Assembly: GCA_023379125.1 (NCBI GenBank)
Contig: JAMCSY010000004.1
Span: 122,588-186,587, forward strand
Source of the DNA: Patescibacteria group bacterium
Lineage (GTDB): Bacteria; Patescibacteriota; Microgenomatia; Daviesbacterales; UBA10151
Length of the DNA stretch: 64,000 nt
Direction of reading: 5' to 3'
Part shown: positions 46,246-56,332 of the stretch, piece by piece
Numbering within the stretch: position 1 is the stretch's first letter
Layout: each line of letters begins with the position of its first letter
Notes under the pieces: model-generated
Database searches by the model: none
What the model saw: the letters and a program-made list of their open reading frames with translations, nothing else
What the model was told of the DNA's origin: nothing
Made by a program: the position numbers and the translations under genes

Positions 46246-46743
46246 TTAAAGGTGGGGGTCAAAGAGATTCATCAGTCTTTCTCGATAGTACCTAATAGCA
46301 TCTTTGTGAAGATTTTCTAATACTAGCTGCTGTGTCTGTGTTTCTTGTAAGAACCAGATTTCTAAGTGTTGAGTTAACCGAGTCAAGACTGGCTCACTGT
46401 TTTCACCCAAAACTGCCTGAGCCCAAACTTCAGCCTCTGGTGTGGCTATTAGCTCGTGTTGAGGGACTTTAGCCAACAGCCCAGCTTCAACTAGTTCTTC
46501 AAGGTGCTGAGCTAATTCCTCACTGTATATAAATCCTCTTTGCGGGTTAATCACTTCGAAAGTATAGCGACTAGTAATAAGCTTCTCAGTACTTGCTTTA
46601 TAAATGGTCTGGTGGATTAGGTAGTGAGGCAAAAAGCCCTCCTGGGTGCGATTGGCAGCTGTCAGAATTAAAAGCGCACGTCCGCGATCAGCAAACTGTT
46701 TTTGATTTAAGACTTTGGCAATCTCAAGTTCTCGCTGGCCCAT
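46246..46743 (-). CDS. Hypothetical protein, winged-helix YwgA/SocA(Panacea)-like
   Basis: I.Q..Y.......Y.F......G..YSEEL...LE.L...GLL pattern. Confidence 0.5.
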   Translation of the reverse strand: MGQRELEIAKVLNQKQFADRGRALLILTAANRTQEGFLPHYLIHQTIYKASTEKLITSRYTFEVINPQRGFIYSEELAQHLEELVEAGLLAKVPQHELIATPEAEVWAQAVLGENSEPVLTRLTQHLEIWFLQETQTQQLVLENLHKDAIRYYRERLMNLFDPHL

Positions 46744-46790
46744 AAATTAAAATTTAACGAGCTCATGCTAATATAGCCACTTACTGGCTG

Positions 46791-47609
46791 TCAACTATTG
46801 CCTAAGCTAAATAACCTTTGCGCATTTTGATAGGTGATTTGGGCAATCTCTTGAATAGACTGATTTTTGATTTGTGAGATTGTTTTAACAACCTCAACAA
46901 CATTAGCTGGTTCATTTCTTTGGCCTCTTTTACCCTGGGGTGGCAAGAAAGGACAATCAGTTTCTGCTAATATTTTATCTGCTGGCATATATTTGATTAC
47001 TTCTAATAATCGCTCATTTTTAGGATAAGTAACAATACAAGAAAAACCTAAATCAAAGCCTAAGTTGAGTGCCTTTCTCGCTATTTCTAAATCAGCAGTA
47101 AAGCTATGGAAGACACCTGTTACACCTTGATAATTAAAGTCAAAAATATCTTGCCAGGCATCACGGCAATGGATAACTAGGGGTAGTTTTAACTTTTTAG
47201 CAAAGTCTATTTGAGCCTGGAAAAGCTCTTTTTGCAGTTTGGTGATTTGGGTTTCAGATAGGGCAAGGGGAGTAAAACCCGGGTTTTGCTGGAAGAAATA
47301 ATCCAAACCACACTCACCGATACCAATAATTTTCCCTGTATTATTTTGATATAGTTGCGCTAGCTTCCCTATGCTTTGATGTATGGATACACTTGAGGAG
47401 AAATTGTTAGCTTCATGAGGATGTAAACCAATAGTGGCAAAAAACGTAATATGATCGGATTGTAGCTCAACTGCTTTTTGACTAGTTTTTAAGTCTGAGC
47501 CGATATTTATCACAGCAGTTAAGCCATTATTACAAGCATTGTTAATAACCTGAGGTAGATCTTCCCGGAATTGTGCAAAATGAAGATGCGCGTGAGTATC
47601 AATTATCAT
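46791..47609 (-). CDS. tatD: TatD-family deoxyribonuclease
   Basis: IDTHAHL, GLHP, IGECGLDY, IHCRDA, HSF, ETDCPFL, RNEP. Confidence 0.95.
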   Translation of the reverse strand: MIIDTHAHLHFAQFREDLPQVINNACNNGLTAVINIGSDLKTSQKAVELQSDHITFFATIGLHPHEANNFSSSVSIHQSIGKLAQLYQNNTGKIIGIGECGLDYFFQQNPGFTPLALSETQITKLQKELFQAQIDFAKKLKLPLVIHCRDAWQDIFDFNYQGVTGVFHSFTADLEIARKALNLGFDLGFSCIVTYPKNERLLEVIKYMPADKILAETDCPFLPPQGKRGQRNEPANVVEVVKTISQIKNQSIQEIAQITYQNAQRLFSLGNS

Positions 47610-48161
47610 TTAAATTAATTTCACAATCTCTCCATTTTGAATGACTGGTGTTTGCAGGGCTTGTTCCCAAGTTTGTTGATTAACAACTGCCTGGAGCATT
47701 TTGCCAATATCATTATGAGCAACTAACAATACATTATTCTGGGCATACTGAGTTTGTGCGAGTTGAATTACGTTTTTGGCTCGTTGATAGACAGAAAGAA
47801 AACTCTCTACTCCAGGTCCATCAAGCATATAAATGTTTTCCGAAGTGATTATTACATTATTAGTAAATTGTGCAATATCACTTTCTGGATGCCCGGCCAA
47901 CCCCCCAAAATCTCTTTCGATTAAATCATTGTTGATCAATAACTGATTAGCTTTAAGTTGTTGGTTAATAATTTGGGCTGTCTGAACAGTCCGTTTGAGC
48001 GGTGAAGTCAAGATAACACTGATTTGCTTATCTTGGAGTTGCTTGGTAGCTTGCTTGATTTGCTCAACCCCAAGTTTGGTCAAATCGTTATCCCTTCTAC
48101 CATTAAGTAGTCCTAGGGCATTATCAGTATCTTGTCCGTGTCTAATTAAATAGATATGCAT
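47610..48161 (-). CDS. Histidine phosphatase (phosphoglycerate-mutase-like) family protein
   Basis: LIRHG, SPL.R..QTA, ERDFG, LLVAH. Confidence 0.9.
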   Translation of the reverse strand: MHIYLIRHGQDTDNALGLLNGRRDNDLTKLGVEQIKQATKQLQDKQISVILTSPLKRTVQTAQIINQQLKANQLLINNDLIERDFGGLAGHPESDIAQFTNNVIITSENIYMLDGPGVESFLSVYQRAKNVIQLAQTQYAQNNVLLVAHNDIGKMLQAVVNQQTWEQALQTPVIQNGEIVKLI

Positions 48162-48164
48162 AAA

Positions 48165-49586
48165 CTAAATTCTGGGAAAAAGGGCTTGACCAGATTTAAC
48201 AGAACCATGAAACTGGTCTAAAATTTTCTGAGCAGTTTGAGGTAAAAAAGGCTGCAAGTTATAAGCAATAGCTAGGATTTCTGAAATCAGCTCGGTAAGA
48301 ATGTGAGCAAGTTGCTGCTCATCTTCTACTTGCCAGGGCTTTTCTTCATTAATTCTTTTATCAACTGCAGAAATTTTCCCCCAAACAAAAGCTAAAGCCT
48401 CGTTAAATTTAAATTGTTCTAAATCTTGAGTTGCTTCTGGATAAAAAGATAACTGGTGTAAGCTAGTCTCAAAATGAATTTTCTCACCAAGCTTTGCGAC
48501 TCTGGCTACTAGATTACCCAAACCATTAGCCAAATCAGCGTTATAAACCTCCACAAACTTCTCTTCAGCAAAATCACCATCAGCAAAAGGTGAAACTTTA
48601 GCTAATAAGTAATAACGGAGAGCATCAGCTCCAAATTTATCAATTAGCGGTAATGGATCGAGAACATTACCCGTACTTTTAGACATTTTTTGTCCCTCAA
48701 CCGTGATATAGTCATGAACAAATAATTTTTTTGGTAGTTTTAGACCGGCTGATAATAAAAAAGCTGGCCAGTAGACAGCATGAAAGCGAATAATGCCTTT
48801 GCCGATTACATGAATATCAGCAGGCCACCATTGTTGGTATTTTTGTTCATCCCACCCAAAACCCACACCAGATTGATAGATGTTTAAAGCATCAAACCAC
48901 ACATAAATGCGTTGAGTAGGATCATCAGGAACAGGCACTCCCCAGTTTTTAGCTCTTTCATTTGTGCGTGAAATGCTCAAATCAGTTAGCCCTGATTTCA
49001 GGAATTGAATCATCTCATTTTTGCGTGATTGGGGCACAATTTGATATTGATCAGATTCTATTAACTCGATAATTTGCTTTTGGTATTTTGATAATTTGAA
49101 AAAATAATTAGTTTCTTCAATTTCCTCTAATTTTTTTCCAGGATGTTCAAAACACTCGCCATTTTCATCTAGCTCGTCAGGAGTGTAAAAGGCCTCACAC
49201 CCCACGCAATAAAGACCTCTATATGATTTTTTATAGATATCACCATTGTCTTGGCAAAGCTGCCAAAGTTTTTGACTAGCTGGGAAATGATGTTTTTGGT
49301 CACTCCCCTTTTGAAAAACATCAAACGATACATTTAGTTTTTTGGCTAAATCTTGAAAATTTTGTGTGTTTTTATCGACAAATGCCTGGACCTCTTCGCC
49401 AGCAGCCTGAGCAGCCTGTACATTTTTCAGGGCATTTTCGTCCCCTCCGGAAAGTAGTAACACATCTTCCCCTAGCATTTTATGATATCTGGCTAGCACA
49501 TCCCCTTGAATAAACTCTAAGGCATGACCGATATGTGGTTTAGCATTTACATAAGGGATAGCAGTTGTGATGTAGTATTTTTTCAT
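48165..49586 (-). CDS. metG: Methionine--tRNA ligase (short form)
   Basis: YITTAIPYVN..PHIGH, YVWFDAL, GK.I.RFHAVYWP, KMSKS, LFPRI. Confidence 0.97.
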   Translation of the reverse strand: MKKYYITTAIPYVNAKPHIGHALEFIQGDVLARYHKMLGEDVLLLSGGDENALKNVQAAQAAGEEVQAFVDKNTQNFQDLAKKLNVSFDVFQKGSDQKHHFPASQKLWQLCQDNGDIYKKSYRGLYCVGCEAFYTPDELDENGECFEHPGKKLEEIEETNYFFKLSKYQKQIIELIESDQYQIVPQSRKNEMIQFLKSGLTDLSISRTNERAKNWGVPVPDDPTQRIYVWFDALNIYQSGVGFGWDEQKYQQWWPADIHVIGKGIIRFHAVYWPAFLLSAGLKLPKKLFVHDYITVEGQKMSKSTGNVLDPLPLIDKFGADALRYYLLAKVSPFADGDFAEEKFVEVYNADLANGLGNLVARVAKLGEKIHFETSLHQLSFYPEATQDLEQFKFNEALAFVWGKISAVDKRINEEKPWQVEDEQQLAHILTELISEILAIAYNLQPFLPQTAQKILDQFHGSVKSGQALFPRI

Positions 49587-49679
49587 TACCGTATAAGAGT
49601 TTCAGCTCATTGTAAGACAAGAGCTTCAGCATATCTTCGCTTGCTGATGGACAGATTTTAGTCTGTTCCTAAAAAGCTG

Positions 49680-50048
49680 TCAATTAAACTTGTGAGCAAG
49701 TTTATGAATTGGCTTTACTTTTCTTTTGGGAACTAGATGCTTGGAATGATTAATGATCCTTAGAGCAAATAGCAAACACAGAATAGTTAAGATAGCCAGC
49801 AGTGGATTAAATAAATTTAAGCCAAGTAGTACTAAGTTGATAATTACAGCAAAACTGATTAATACTCCAGTTACAAAAGAAGCTAGTAATAAGTTAATCA
49901 ACAGGGTGATTGTGCCTGCAATTAAAATTAAAAAGAAGGTAATTTTGCTCCAGGAATTAAGTGAAAAACTATCAGGTGGTTGGATAAAAAATATTACCAA
50001 AATCAGCAAAATACCACAAATAATGGTGGGCAGGATCCTTTTAACCAT
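49680..50048 (-). CDS. Hypothetical membrane protein (4 TMs)
   Basis: Hydrophobic ORF with basic C-terminal tail. Confidence 0.7.
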   Translation of the reverse strand: MVKRILPTIICGILLILVIFFIQPPDSFSLNSWSKITFFLILIAGTITLLINLLLASFVTGVLISFAVIINLVLLGLNLFNPLLAILTILCLLFALRIINHSKHLVPKRKVKPIHKLAHKFN

Positions 50049-50161
50049 CTTGATAGATATTTTAAACTGCCCAAGGGTAAAATACCATCTTCTCTAAACC
50101 CCTTTACATTCCATAAGAATCTCGATTAAATAATATATAGGAATCAATTCTTGTCAGAAAG

Positions 50162-50413
50162 GTGGTGAATCAAATGAAATCTAAAAAGCGCCGTGTGGCT
50201 CGTTCGTCACGCAAACAATCCAGCTTTCTGTCCTTAGATTTCTTAAAACACCATAAAACTCCTTTCCATGGGGCAACGTTAGGTTTGGGACTAATTGTCC
50301 TTGGATCGTTGGTGGCCATTGGCATTGTCACCATCATTGGGATTATTGTATTTGTGCCTTCCATGGGAGCAATGATTATTAAATTTGTCAGGACAAGATT
50401 AGTCAAAATTTAA
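50162..50413 (+). CDS. Small membrane protein with basic N-terminus
   Basis: AGAAAGGTGG SD-like sequence before ATG 50174; hydrophobic hairpin. Confidence 0.6.
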   Translation: MVNQMKSKKRRVARSSRKQSSFLSLDFLKHHKTPFHGATLGLGLIVLGSLVAIGIVTIIGIIVFVPSMGAMIIKFVRTRLVKI

Positions 50414-50486
50414 TACCTCTTGTACGGTAAGTTTTCTATTATTAAAGTAAGTGAATACTTTCCATTTGTGGAATTTTCTAACTTAG

Positions 50487-51095
50487 TTGCAAAGATCACT
50501 ATTAGGCGCTAGACTACTGGCCAAGATGGGTTTGTCTAAGCTAGAAAGATTTGTGTCAATTAATATCACCACAGAACAAATGAATTGCTTATCTGTGGCT
50601 ATGGCAGAGTTAGAGCAGATGAGACAGGTGGTTACTGCTGAGAGAACAGCTATTGAAGATAAGCGGATTTTGGCTGAACAGCCGCTAAGCGGATCAGAAA
50701 TTACCTTTGGGCTAATGATGACTGACTTATGTGGGCATCTTGGGCTACTACAAAAATTTTTCCAGGCAATGCAAAGAATAGGTTATGTCGATGTTATAGC
50801 TCATTTGGAAAGATCTGAGTCTGGCGACTATAAATATATTACGGGCTATCATTTCAGATTTTCTGGCTATCAGTCAGATTATGAAAATATTATCGATCGT
50901 CCATGGTGCCTGAGTTTATTTGATAGCCTATTTGCGAGTGAAAATGCCACAGGTGATAGAGTCAAGGCAGACAAAAGCTCCGACTTTCCCTTCCTAATGC
51001 AAAATGGCCGAAAAGTTAGATTTAAATATTTACCTACCTTGATTCGACGTCAACGAGACTTAGTAACCGGTGAGATAATAGATTATCAAATTTAA
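50487..51095 (+). CDS. Hypothetical protein (start uncertain)
   Basis: 202-aa ORF filling the gap; converges on sbcC. Confidence 0.6.
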   Translation: MQRSLLGARLLAKMGLSKLERFVSINITTEQMNCLSVAMAELEQMRQVVTAERTAIEDKRILAEQPLSGSEITFGLMMTDLCGHLGLLQKFFQAMQRIGYVDVIAHLERSESGDYKYITGYHFRFSGYQSDYENIIDRPWCLSLFDSLFASENATGDRVKADKSSDFPFLMQNGRKVRFKYLPTLIRRQRDLVTGEIIDYQI

Positions 51096-53251
51096 ACTCC
51101 CACCACTTCAAAAGTTGAACCACTTGGGCCTTTGCTAACCTCAATTCTGACTGGGAACTCTTCTTTGAGCTCTTCCAAATGAGTTATCACCAAAATTTTG
51201 GCAAAATCATTTTTAATCACATCGAGGGCTTCCACAATTCTTGATCTACCTTGAGCATCTTGGGTACCAAACCCTTCATCAATCACCAAAAACTGTAATT
51301 TAGAACCAGCCCGATGGGTAAGTAGTTTTGATAAAGCTAATCTGATAGCTAAGTTAACTCGGAATTGCTCACCCCCAGAATAAGCCTCATAAGATCTTTC
51401 ACCCATCTCATCAGAGATAACGATATCTAGAGTTTCCACTAAGCCTTTTTCTCCACCTGCTGTTTTTGTTTTAGTTTCTCGCTGAGTTTCCAGATGGATT
51501 TTCATTCTTCCCTCAGTTAACCGATCCAAAAGACTATTAGCTTCTTCTTCAATTTCTGGAATGGCATTTTCAATAATCATGGCTTGAATACCTTTTTTAC
51601 CAAAAGCTTGAGCTAATTCCTCATAGGCTTCCTTATCTTGTTGCAGTTTAACTTTATCTTCATTTTTTTGTGCCTGCACTTTTTCCATTTGCGCGGTGCG
51701 AGAGATTAATTCTGTAACTTGACCCAAGACTGCCCTGGCGTCTTTTTCTTCGCTACGTAAGCTTTCTAGTTGCTTTTCCTGATTGTGTAATTGTTGATTG
51801 GCTTCAATGAGCTTTGCTGACTGATTGGGCAACTTAACAAGTTCCTGCTGTAGTTTTTCTACCTGATTATTCTTATTCTGGAACAAACTCCTCATCTCCA
51901 GTACCACTTTTTTTTCTGATTCCAAAGTAGCCTGTTTTTCAATTTTGGCCTCTTTTTGTTGTTGAAATTTCTCTAGTTGCTTGAGAGCATCAAGTACTTC
52001 AAGATATTCAGTGGCATTAAAACTCAACTTAGCCAGCTCTTTTTCTAGCTGGGATACTTCTTTTTCCTCGGTGGTTAGATCAATCTCTTTTAACTGTTTG
52101 TTTAGATTGGTTTGGTCGAAAGTTAGTGTTTGCTGAGCATGGGCTTTTTCATTGTGGCCCATTTCTTGTCCACAGGTGGGACACTTGGCGCCTGTTTTTT
52201 GGGAGTTGCTTAATTTTGCTTCAACCTCTGCTAAACGTTGTTGCAATTGCTGTTGACGTTCTTTTTTTGAGGAAATCTGCGAGTTGATTTGCGCCAGCTG
52301 TTTTTCTAGTTCTAATTTTTGTTGCCTAACCTGATCGAGTTTTTCCTTACGGATTTGCAAGTCCTTTAATTGAGCAATTTTTTCATCAACTGTTGCCAAT
52401 TGCGCTAACTCTTCCTCGAGTTTAGCAATATTGACTCGTCTTCTCTTGCCTTGTTCAATAATTTCGGTAAGCTCTTGTTTATTTTGTTGATAATTCTGCT
52501 CAAGTTTTTGTCTTTGTTCTACGATTAAACTTAAGCTTTCCCTTTCTTCACGTAATATTTTCAGTAAAGCTTCACTTTCTCTAATCGCAGCTTCTAATCG
52601 CACTACCTTTTCTTCGGCAATTTTTTTCTTTTCTGTCCGTTCTTCTTTTTGCGACAATTCAGCTTCAATCTCAAGCAATTGATAGCCTAAGAGTTGTAGA
52701 CTAGTTTGAATTTCTTTTACCTTCTCTTTAGCCTTTTCTTCTAATTGATCATAATGACCGAGGCTAAGAATGTCGGCTAAGATCCTTTTTCGCTCAGTTG
52801 GACCCTTGGTAGTAAATTCATCAGCATGACCTTGTCTAATAAAAGCAGAGTTAACAAAAGTTTCAAAACTCAGGTGCAGAAGATCAATAATCTTTTGTTG
52901 AGTAGCTTTAATTGTTCCTTCAGTTAGGTTATGAGTACCAGACCAAAGTTCCAAGGTTGTAGTGCCACCAGATTTGATAATACGCTGGCGTTTGACTGTA
53001 TATAAGTGTTTGTCTAATTCAAAACTAACCTCTACAGACATTTCAGTTTGCCCAAGTCTAATTAGCTGGTCAGCGGAGTCTCCCACACGAGAAGTTCCCC
53101 ATAAACACCAAGTAATTGAATCAAGCAAAGAAGATTTACCGGCACCATTTTGGCCAGAAATTGCTGCCATATTAAAATCTGTCAGATTTAATTCTGGTAC
53201 GCTGGTGCCATAAGAAGTGAAATTACTTAATTTAAGTTTGGTTGGTATCAT
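51092..53251 (-). CDS. sbcC: SbcC/Rad50-family SMC-like ATPase
   Basis: G.NGAGKSS, coiled coil with CPTCG zinc hook, SGGE, IDEGFG.QD; start MIPTKL at 53251 overlaps the NUDIX stop (ATGA). Confidence 0.93.
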   Translation of the reverse strand: MIPTKLKLSNFTSYGTSVPELNLTDFNMAAISGQNGAGKSSLLDSITWCLWGTSRVGDSADQLIRLGQTEMSVEVSFELDKHLYTVKRQRIIKSGGTTTLELWSGTHNLTEGTIKATQQKIIDLLHLSFETFVNSAFIRQGHADEFTTKGPTERKRILADILSLGHYDQLEEKAKEKVKEIQTSLQLLGYQLLEIEAELSQKEERTEKKKIAEEKVVRLEAAIRESEALLKILREERESLSLIVEQRQKLEQNYQQNKQELTEIIEQGKRRRVNIAKLEEELAQLATVDEKIAQLKDLQIRKEKLDQVRQQKLELEKQLAQINSQISSKKERQQQLQQRLAEVEAKLSNSQKTGAKCPTCGQEMGHNEKAHAQQTLTFDQTNLNKQLKEIDLTTEEKEVSQLEKELAKLSFNATEYLEVLDALKQLEKFQQQKEAKIEKQATLESEKKVVLEMRSLFQNKNNQVEKLQQELVKLPNQSAKLIEANQQLHNQEKQLESLRSEEKDARAVLGQVTELISRTAQMEKVQAQKNEDKVKLQQDKEAYEELAQAFGKKGIQAMIIENAIPEIEEEANSLLDRLTEGRMKIHLETQRETKTKTAGGEKGLVETLDIVISDEMGERSYEAYSGGEQFRVNLAIRLALSKLLTHRAGSKLQFLVIDEGFGTQDAQGRSRIVEALDVIKNDFAKILVITHLEELKEEFPVRIEVSKGPSGSTFEVVGV

Positions 53252-53673
53252 AGATTTTGCAAATGGCGAGCTAACTCCTGAGCAATTTTCTTCATTGATA
53301 GCACAGAAGATTTTTCTTTTAACTGCTGAATACTTGTCCAATAAACAGGATTACCTTGGTCTAAAATTTGAGAAGGAATTTCTCCTTGCCACTGCGAAAT
53401 TACAAATAGTTGTAATAAGCGCCCACCTTCACCATATATAACAGTATTTAAATGCTTTGCTTGCTCAACCCTCAGCCCTAACTCTTCTAAAACTTCGCGC
53501 TGCAGAGCTAAAAAAGGTCTAGCTATTTCTGTTGCTTCGATCTTTCCTCCGGGAAAAATCTCTTCCCCAGGCATAAAGCTACTACTTTCAGCTCTTTTTT
53601 CCACTAAAACATTTTCCCTTGTGTGGTCAACAATTAAGGCAATCACTGTTTGATTAGTATCAACTTTTTCCAT
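53248..53673 (-). CDS. NUDIX hydrolase
   Basis: FPGGKIE...REVLEELG Nudix box. Confidence 0.88.
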   Translation of the reverse strand: MEKVDTNQTVIALIVDHTRENVLVEKRAESSSFMPGEEIFPGGKIEATEIARPFLALQREVLEELGLRVEQAKHLNTVIYGEGGRLLQLFVISQWQGEIPSQILDQGNPVYWTSIQQLKEKSSVLSMKKIAQELARHLQNL

Positions 53674-53676
53674 TAA

Positions 53677-54825
53677 TTAACTAAGTATTTCCGCAGCAAA
53701 CTTTTCTAGTTTTTTGATTTTTTCTGGAGAGTATTTTTTACTAAGAAAATATTTTTGCAGAGCTTCAACTGGAGTAAGTCTTTCTACACCAGTTTGGTCA
53801 GTCAAGAGCTCTCTTTCTACTCGTTCAACATTGCGTGAGATGCCAGCAATATAAAAAACAGGCGAGAGCGTTTTTTTAATTTGGTCCATCGCTAGCTCTT
53901 TGTTGACAGAGGCGGGAATATCAATACTAAGTCTCACAACTGCATCTTTAATTTGCTCTTCCTTAATTGCTTGCAGTACTGTTTGTGTAGGATTAGGGTC
54001 ATTTTCTTGCAGTTTGACTCTAATTGTTAAAAACTTTCTCACGGGAGTAGGTATAAAAATGAAACTGGCTTGAGCAGGTCTTAAATCAGCCAAGATAAAA
54101 CCTTTCTCTTCTTTTTCCTCACCAAAATCGATGCGATCAGGTGAGCCAGGATAAATAACTAAGGGCTCCTTATTTAAAACTTGGTGTTTGTGGATATGGC
54201 CTAGAGCAACATAGGACAATCTACGGTCAGTTAATAAAGATAAAGGAATAGTGACATCATTAATAATTGCTAGCCCCTTTTCACTACCAAAAGCTGCGCC
54301 TTCAACTTCGAGGTGTCCAACCAAAATTGCTGGAGTGTCAGGATTAATTTGTTGATACATCGCTGGTAGTAAATCACCTAGAGACTTGAAATCATGACGA
54401 TGTAACCAAGGGGCAGTAATCACCTGTAAAATCCCAGCTTTAGTCGGAATTTGTAAGAACTCTGGTCTGCGGGAAACATAAACCTTCTCCATTTCCAAAG
54501 CAGAATAAATATCTAAAGTATTGGCTTTGCCTTCTGCATTAGGGGTATCATGATTGCCAACTACCATCACTACGGGAATACCTGCTTTAACTATTTTTCT
54601 GATCCTCTCACCAAAACCTCTTTGCTGAGTAGGAGAAGGATCTCTGGTTTTATAGGCATCACCAGCAAAAATAAAGGCGTCTACCTGCTCCTTGATAGCT
54701 TGCTCAATAATAAAATCAAAGGTTTGGAAAAAATCTAGGAGCCTACTTTCTAGACCTGTTTCCGGATCAAGTTTAGAATAATTAGTCATCCCAATGTGAA
54801 TATCAGCAGTGTGGACAATCTTCAT
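53677..54825 (-). CDS. sbcD: SbcD/Mre11-family nuclease
   Basis: HTADIHIG, AGD, GNHD, YVALGHIH, YPGS; likely start MKIVH at 54825. Confidence 0.94.
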   Translation of the reverse strand: MKIVHTADIHIGMTNYSKLDPETGLESRLLDFFQTFDFIIEQAIKEQVDAFIFAGDAYKTRDPSPTQQRGFGERIRKIVKAGIPVVMVVGNHDTPNAEGKANTLDIYSALEMEKVYVSRRPEFLQIPTKAGILQVITAPWLHRHDFKSLGDLLPAMYQQINPDTPAILVGHLEVEGAAFGSEKGLAIINDVTIPLSLLTDRRLSYVALGHIHKHQVLNKEPLVIYPGSPDRIDFGEEKEEKGFILADLRPAQASFIFIPTPVRKFLTIRVKLQENDPNPTQTVLQAIKEEQIKDAVVRLSIDIPASVNKELAMDQIKKTLSPVFYIAGISRNVERVERELLTDQTGVERLTPVEALQKYFLSKKYSPEKIKKLEKFAAEILS

Positions 54826-54923
54826 CTTGGGCATTATACCGAAATTAAGCTAAGCTTGAAAATATCTTTGGTTGACAAAGTAGGTGATTGACGGAACTAG
54901 TTTGATCTTCTTAATATGAAGAT

Positions 54924-55112
54924 ATGTCCAAACAGTGTGGGTTTACTCCACTATATATTTTAATTGGAGTAATCATGCTACTCTCGCTGCTTTTTACAGC
55001 CTTTTCTGTTAAAGTTTATGCTGGATCAGATAAATATAGTTTAATTGAACAAAACAACTCCCCAATTAAATACTCAGCGCCAACTAATCTACAATCCTTG
55101 CTTCTGCAATAA
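54924..55112 (+). CDS. Small protein with pilin-like (class III) N-terminal leader
   Basis: MSKQCG|FTPLYILIGVIML; TTGACG...TAATAT promoter 6 nt upstream. Confidence 0.5.
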   Translation: MSKQCGFTPLYILIGVIMLLSLLFTAFSVKVYAGSDKYSLIEQNNSPIKYSAPTNLQSLLLQ

Positions 55113-55139
55113 CTACTTTTTTATTATAATTTGCAGGTG

Positions 55140-55571
55140 ATGGACAAAATGTTTACTTGTTGCTTTTGTGGGCAAAGGGTTTTGGCTAAAACAAGATTGC
55201 ATCAGCATCAGCGGAATCATTGCCCAAACTGCCTGTGGTCTAAGCATCTGGATCAATCAGTGGGAGATCGTCAAGCAAAATGTGGAGGCTGTATGGAACC
55301 CATTGGTTTAACCTTTAAAAATGAGGGTTTGGATAAATATGGCAAAGCTCGGGCTGGAGAGCTAATGATTATTCATTACTGCAGTAAATGTGGCAAGATT
55401 TCCCTTAACCGAATTGCCTCTGATGATGATGAACAAGAAATATTGGATATCTTGGCAAAATCTGCTTCTTTGGATCAGACAATGATAGATCAACTGGAAC
55501 AATCTCAGATAGCAGTTATTAAAAATTCTCAGCTTGAAGAAGTAAAAACATTGCTTTTTGGTAAAACTTAA
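55140..55571 (+). CDS. RNHCP-domain zinc-binding protein
   Basis: F.C..CG, RNHCPNCLWSKH.D...GDR...CGG.MEP, H.C..CG....N.IA.DD. Confidence 0.9.
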   Translation: MDKMFTCCFCGQRVLAKTRLHQHQRNHCPNCLWSKHLDQSVGDRQAKCGGCMEPIGLTFKNEGLDKYGKARAGELMIIHYCSKCGKISLNRIASDDDEQEILDILAKSASLDQTMIDQLEQSQIAVIKNSQLEEVKTLLFGKT

Positions 55572-56332
55572 TTTTTTCTTCTTTTTTGTTGAGCTGTGAT
55601 AACAAAATTACGAAAACCGCGAGGATCGATGATGTCCACAACCGCAGTTTTTTTAAACAGTATTTTAAGGGATTTTTCTAATTGGTAACCATCCTGGCGG
55701 ACACTTTCTAAGTGTGCAGGGCGGTTAAAAATAATCATGCCATCATCTCTTAGCCAAGCACAAACTTGTTCAATAAAATTTGGTTGATTACTTTGCAAGG
55801 AAACATAAGGAGGTTTGCCAGTAAAAACATCAACGATAATTACAGCAAATTTATGGGAAAAGTAGTGTTTGTCCTTAGCTATTTTGTAAACATCTGCCGG
55901 CACAACTGCTAGATTAGGAGTTTGTTGTAAATTAAAAAATTGTTGACAAGCTCGAATAATAGTTGGATCAAATTCCACCACAGTTTGCTGAAGAGAGGAA
56001 TTTTTCTGAGCAATCAAAGCAGAGATAGTATTTGCACCTAAGCCAAGCATTAAAATTTGCTTTTTATTGATGTCTTGACAATGATCAAGAGCAAGTTGAG
56101 CAATCTTATACCAGTAACTTTGGATAATACTTTTATTTTGTATGGATACACCTTGCACATAATTATTAATAGTCAACATTTTCTCATGATTATATTTTTC
56201 CCACACCTCTACTCTACCCAATAGCGATGATTGGTATTTGGCTAAGCGTTTTAATCTAAGCCGCCAATAAGTAACCAGTAGTATTGGAATTAGCAATAAA
56301 CTAACTAATATTTGGTAAAAATCGTGTTGCAT
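55568..56332 (-). CDS. Spermidine-synthase-like class I SAM methyltransferase with N-terminal TM
   Basis: LMLGLGA, VVEFDP, DV, IIVDVF, L...G.IIFN. Confidence 0.75.
   Translation of the reverse strand: MQHDFYQILVSLLLIPILLVTYWRLRLKRLAKYQSSLLGRVEVWEKYNHEKMLTINNYVQGVSIQNKSIIQSYWYKIAQLALDHCQDINKKQILMLGLGANTISALIAQKNSSLQQTVVEFDPTIIRACQQFFNLQQTPNLAVVPADVYKIAKDKHYFSHKFAVIIVDVFTGKPPYVSLQSNQPNFIEQVCAWLRDDGMIIFNRPAHLESVRQDGYQLEKSLKILFKKTAVVDIIDPRGFRNFVITAQQKRRKN

Noticed and set aside
49587-49679. T-box or SAM riboswitch upstream of metG (contains an AGAGYTTCAGC direct repeat)
   Set aside because: Only about 90 nt and lacking T-box (GGTGGNACC) or SAM-I consensus motifs.
53252-53341. N-terminal extension of SbcC
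   Set aside because: It overlaps the NUDIX gene; MIPTKL with an ATGA overlap is the natural start.
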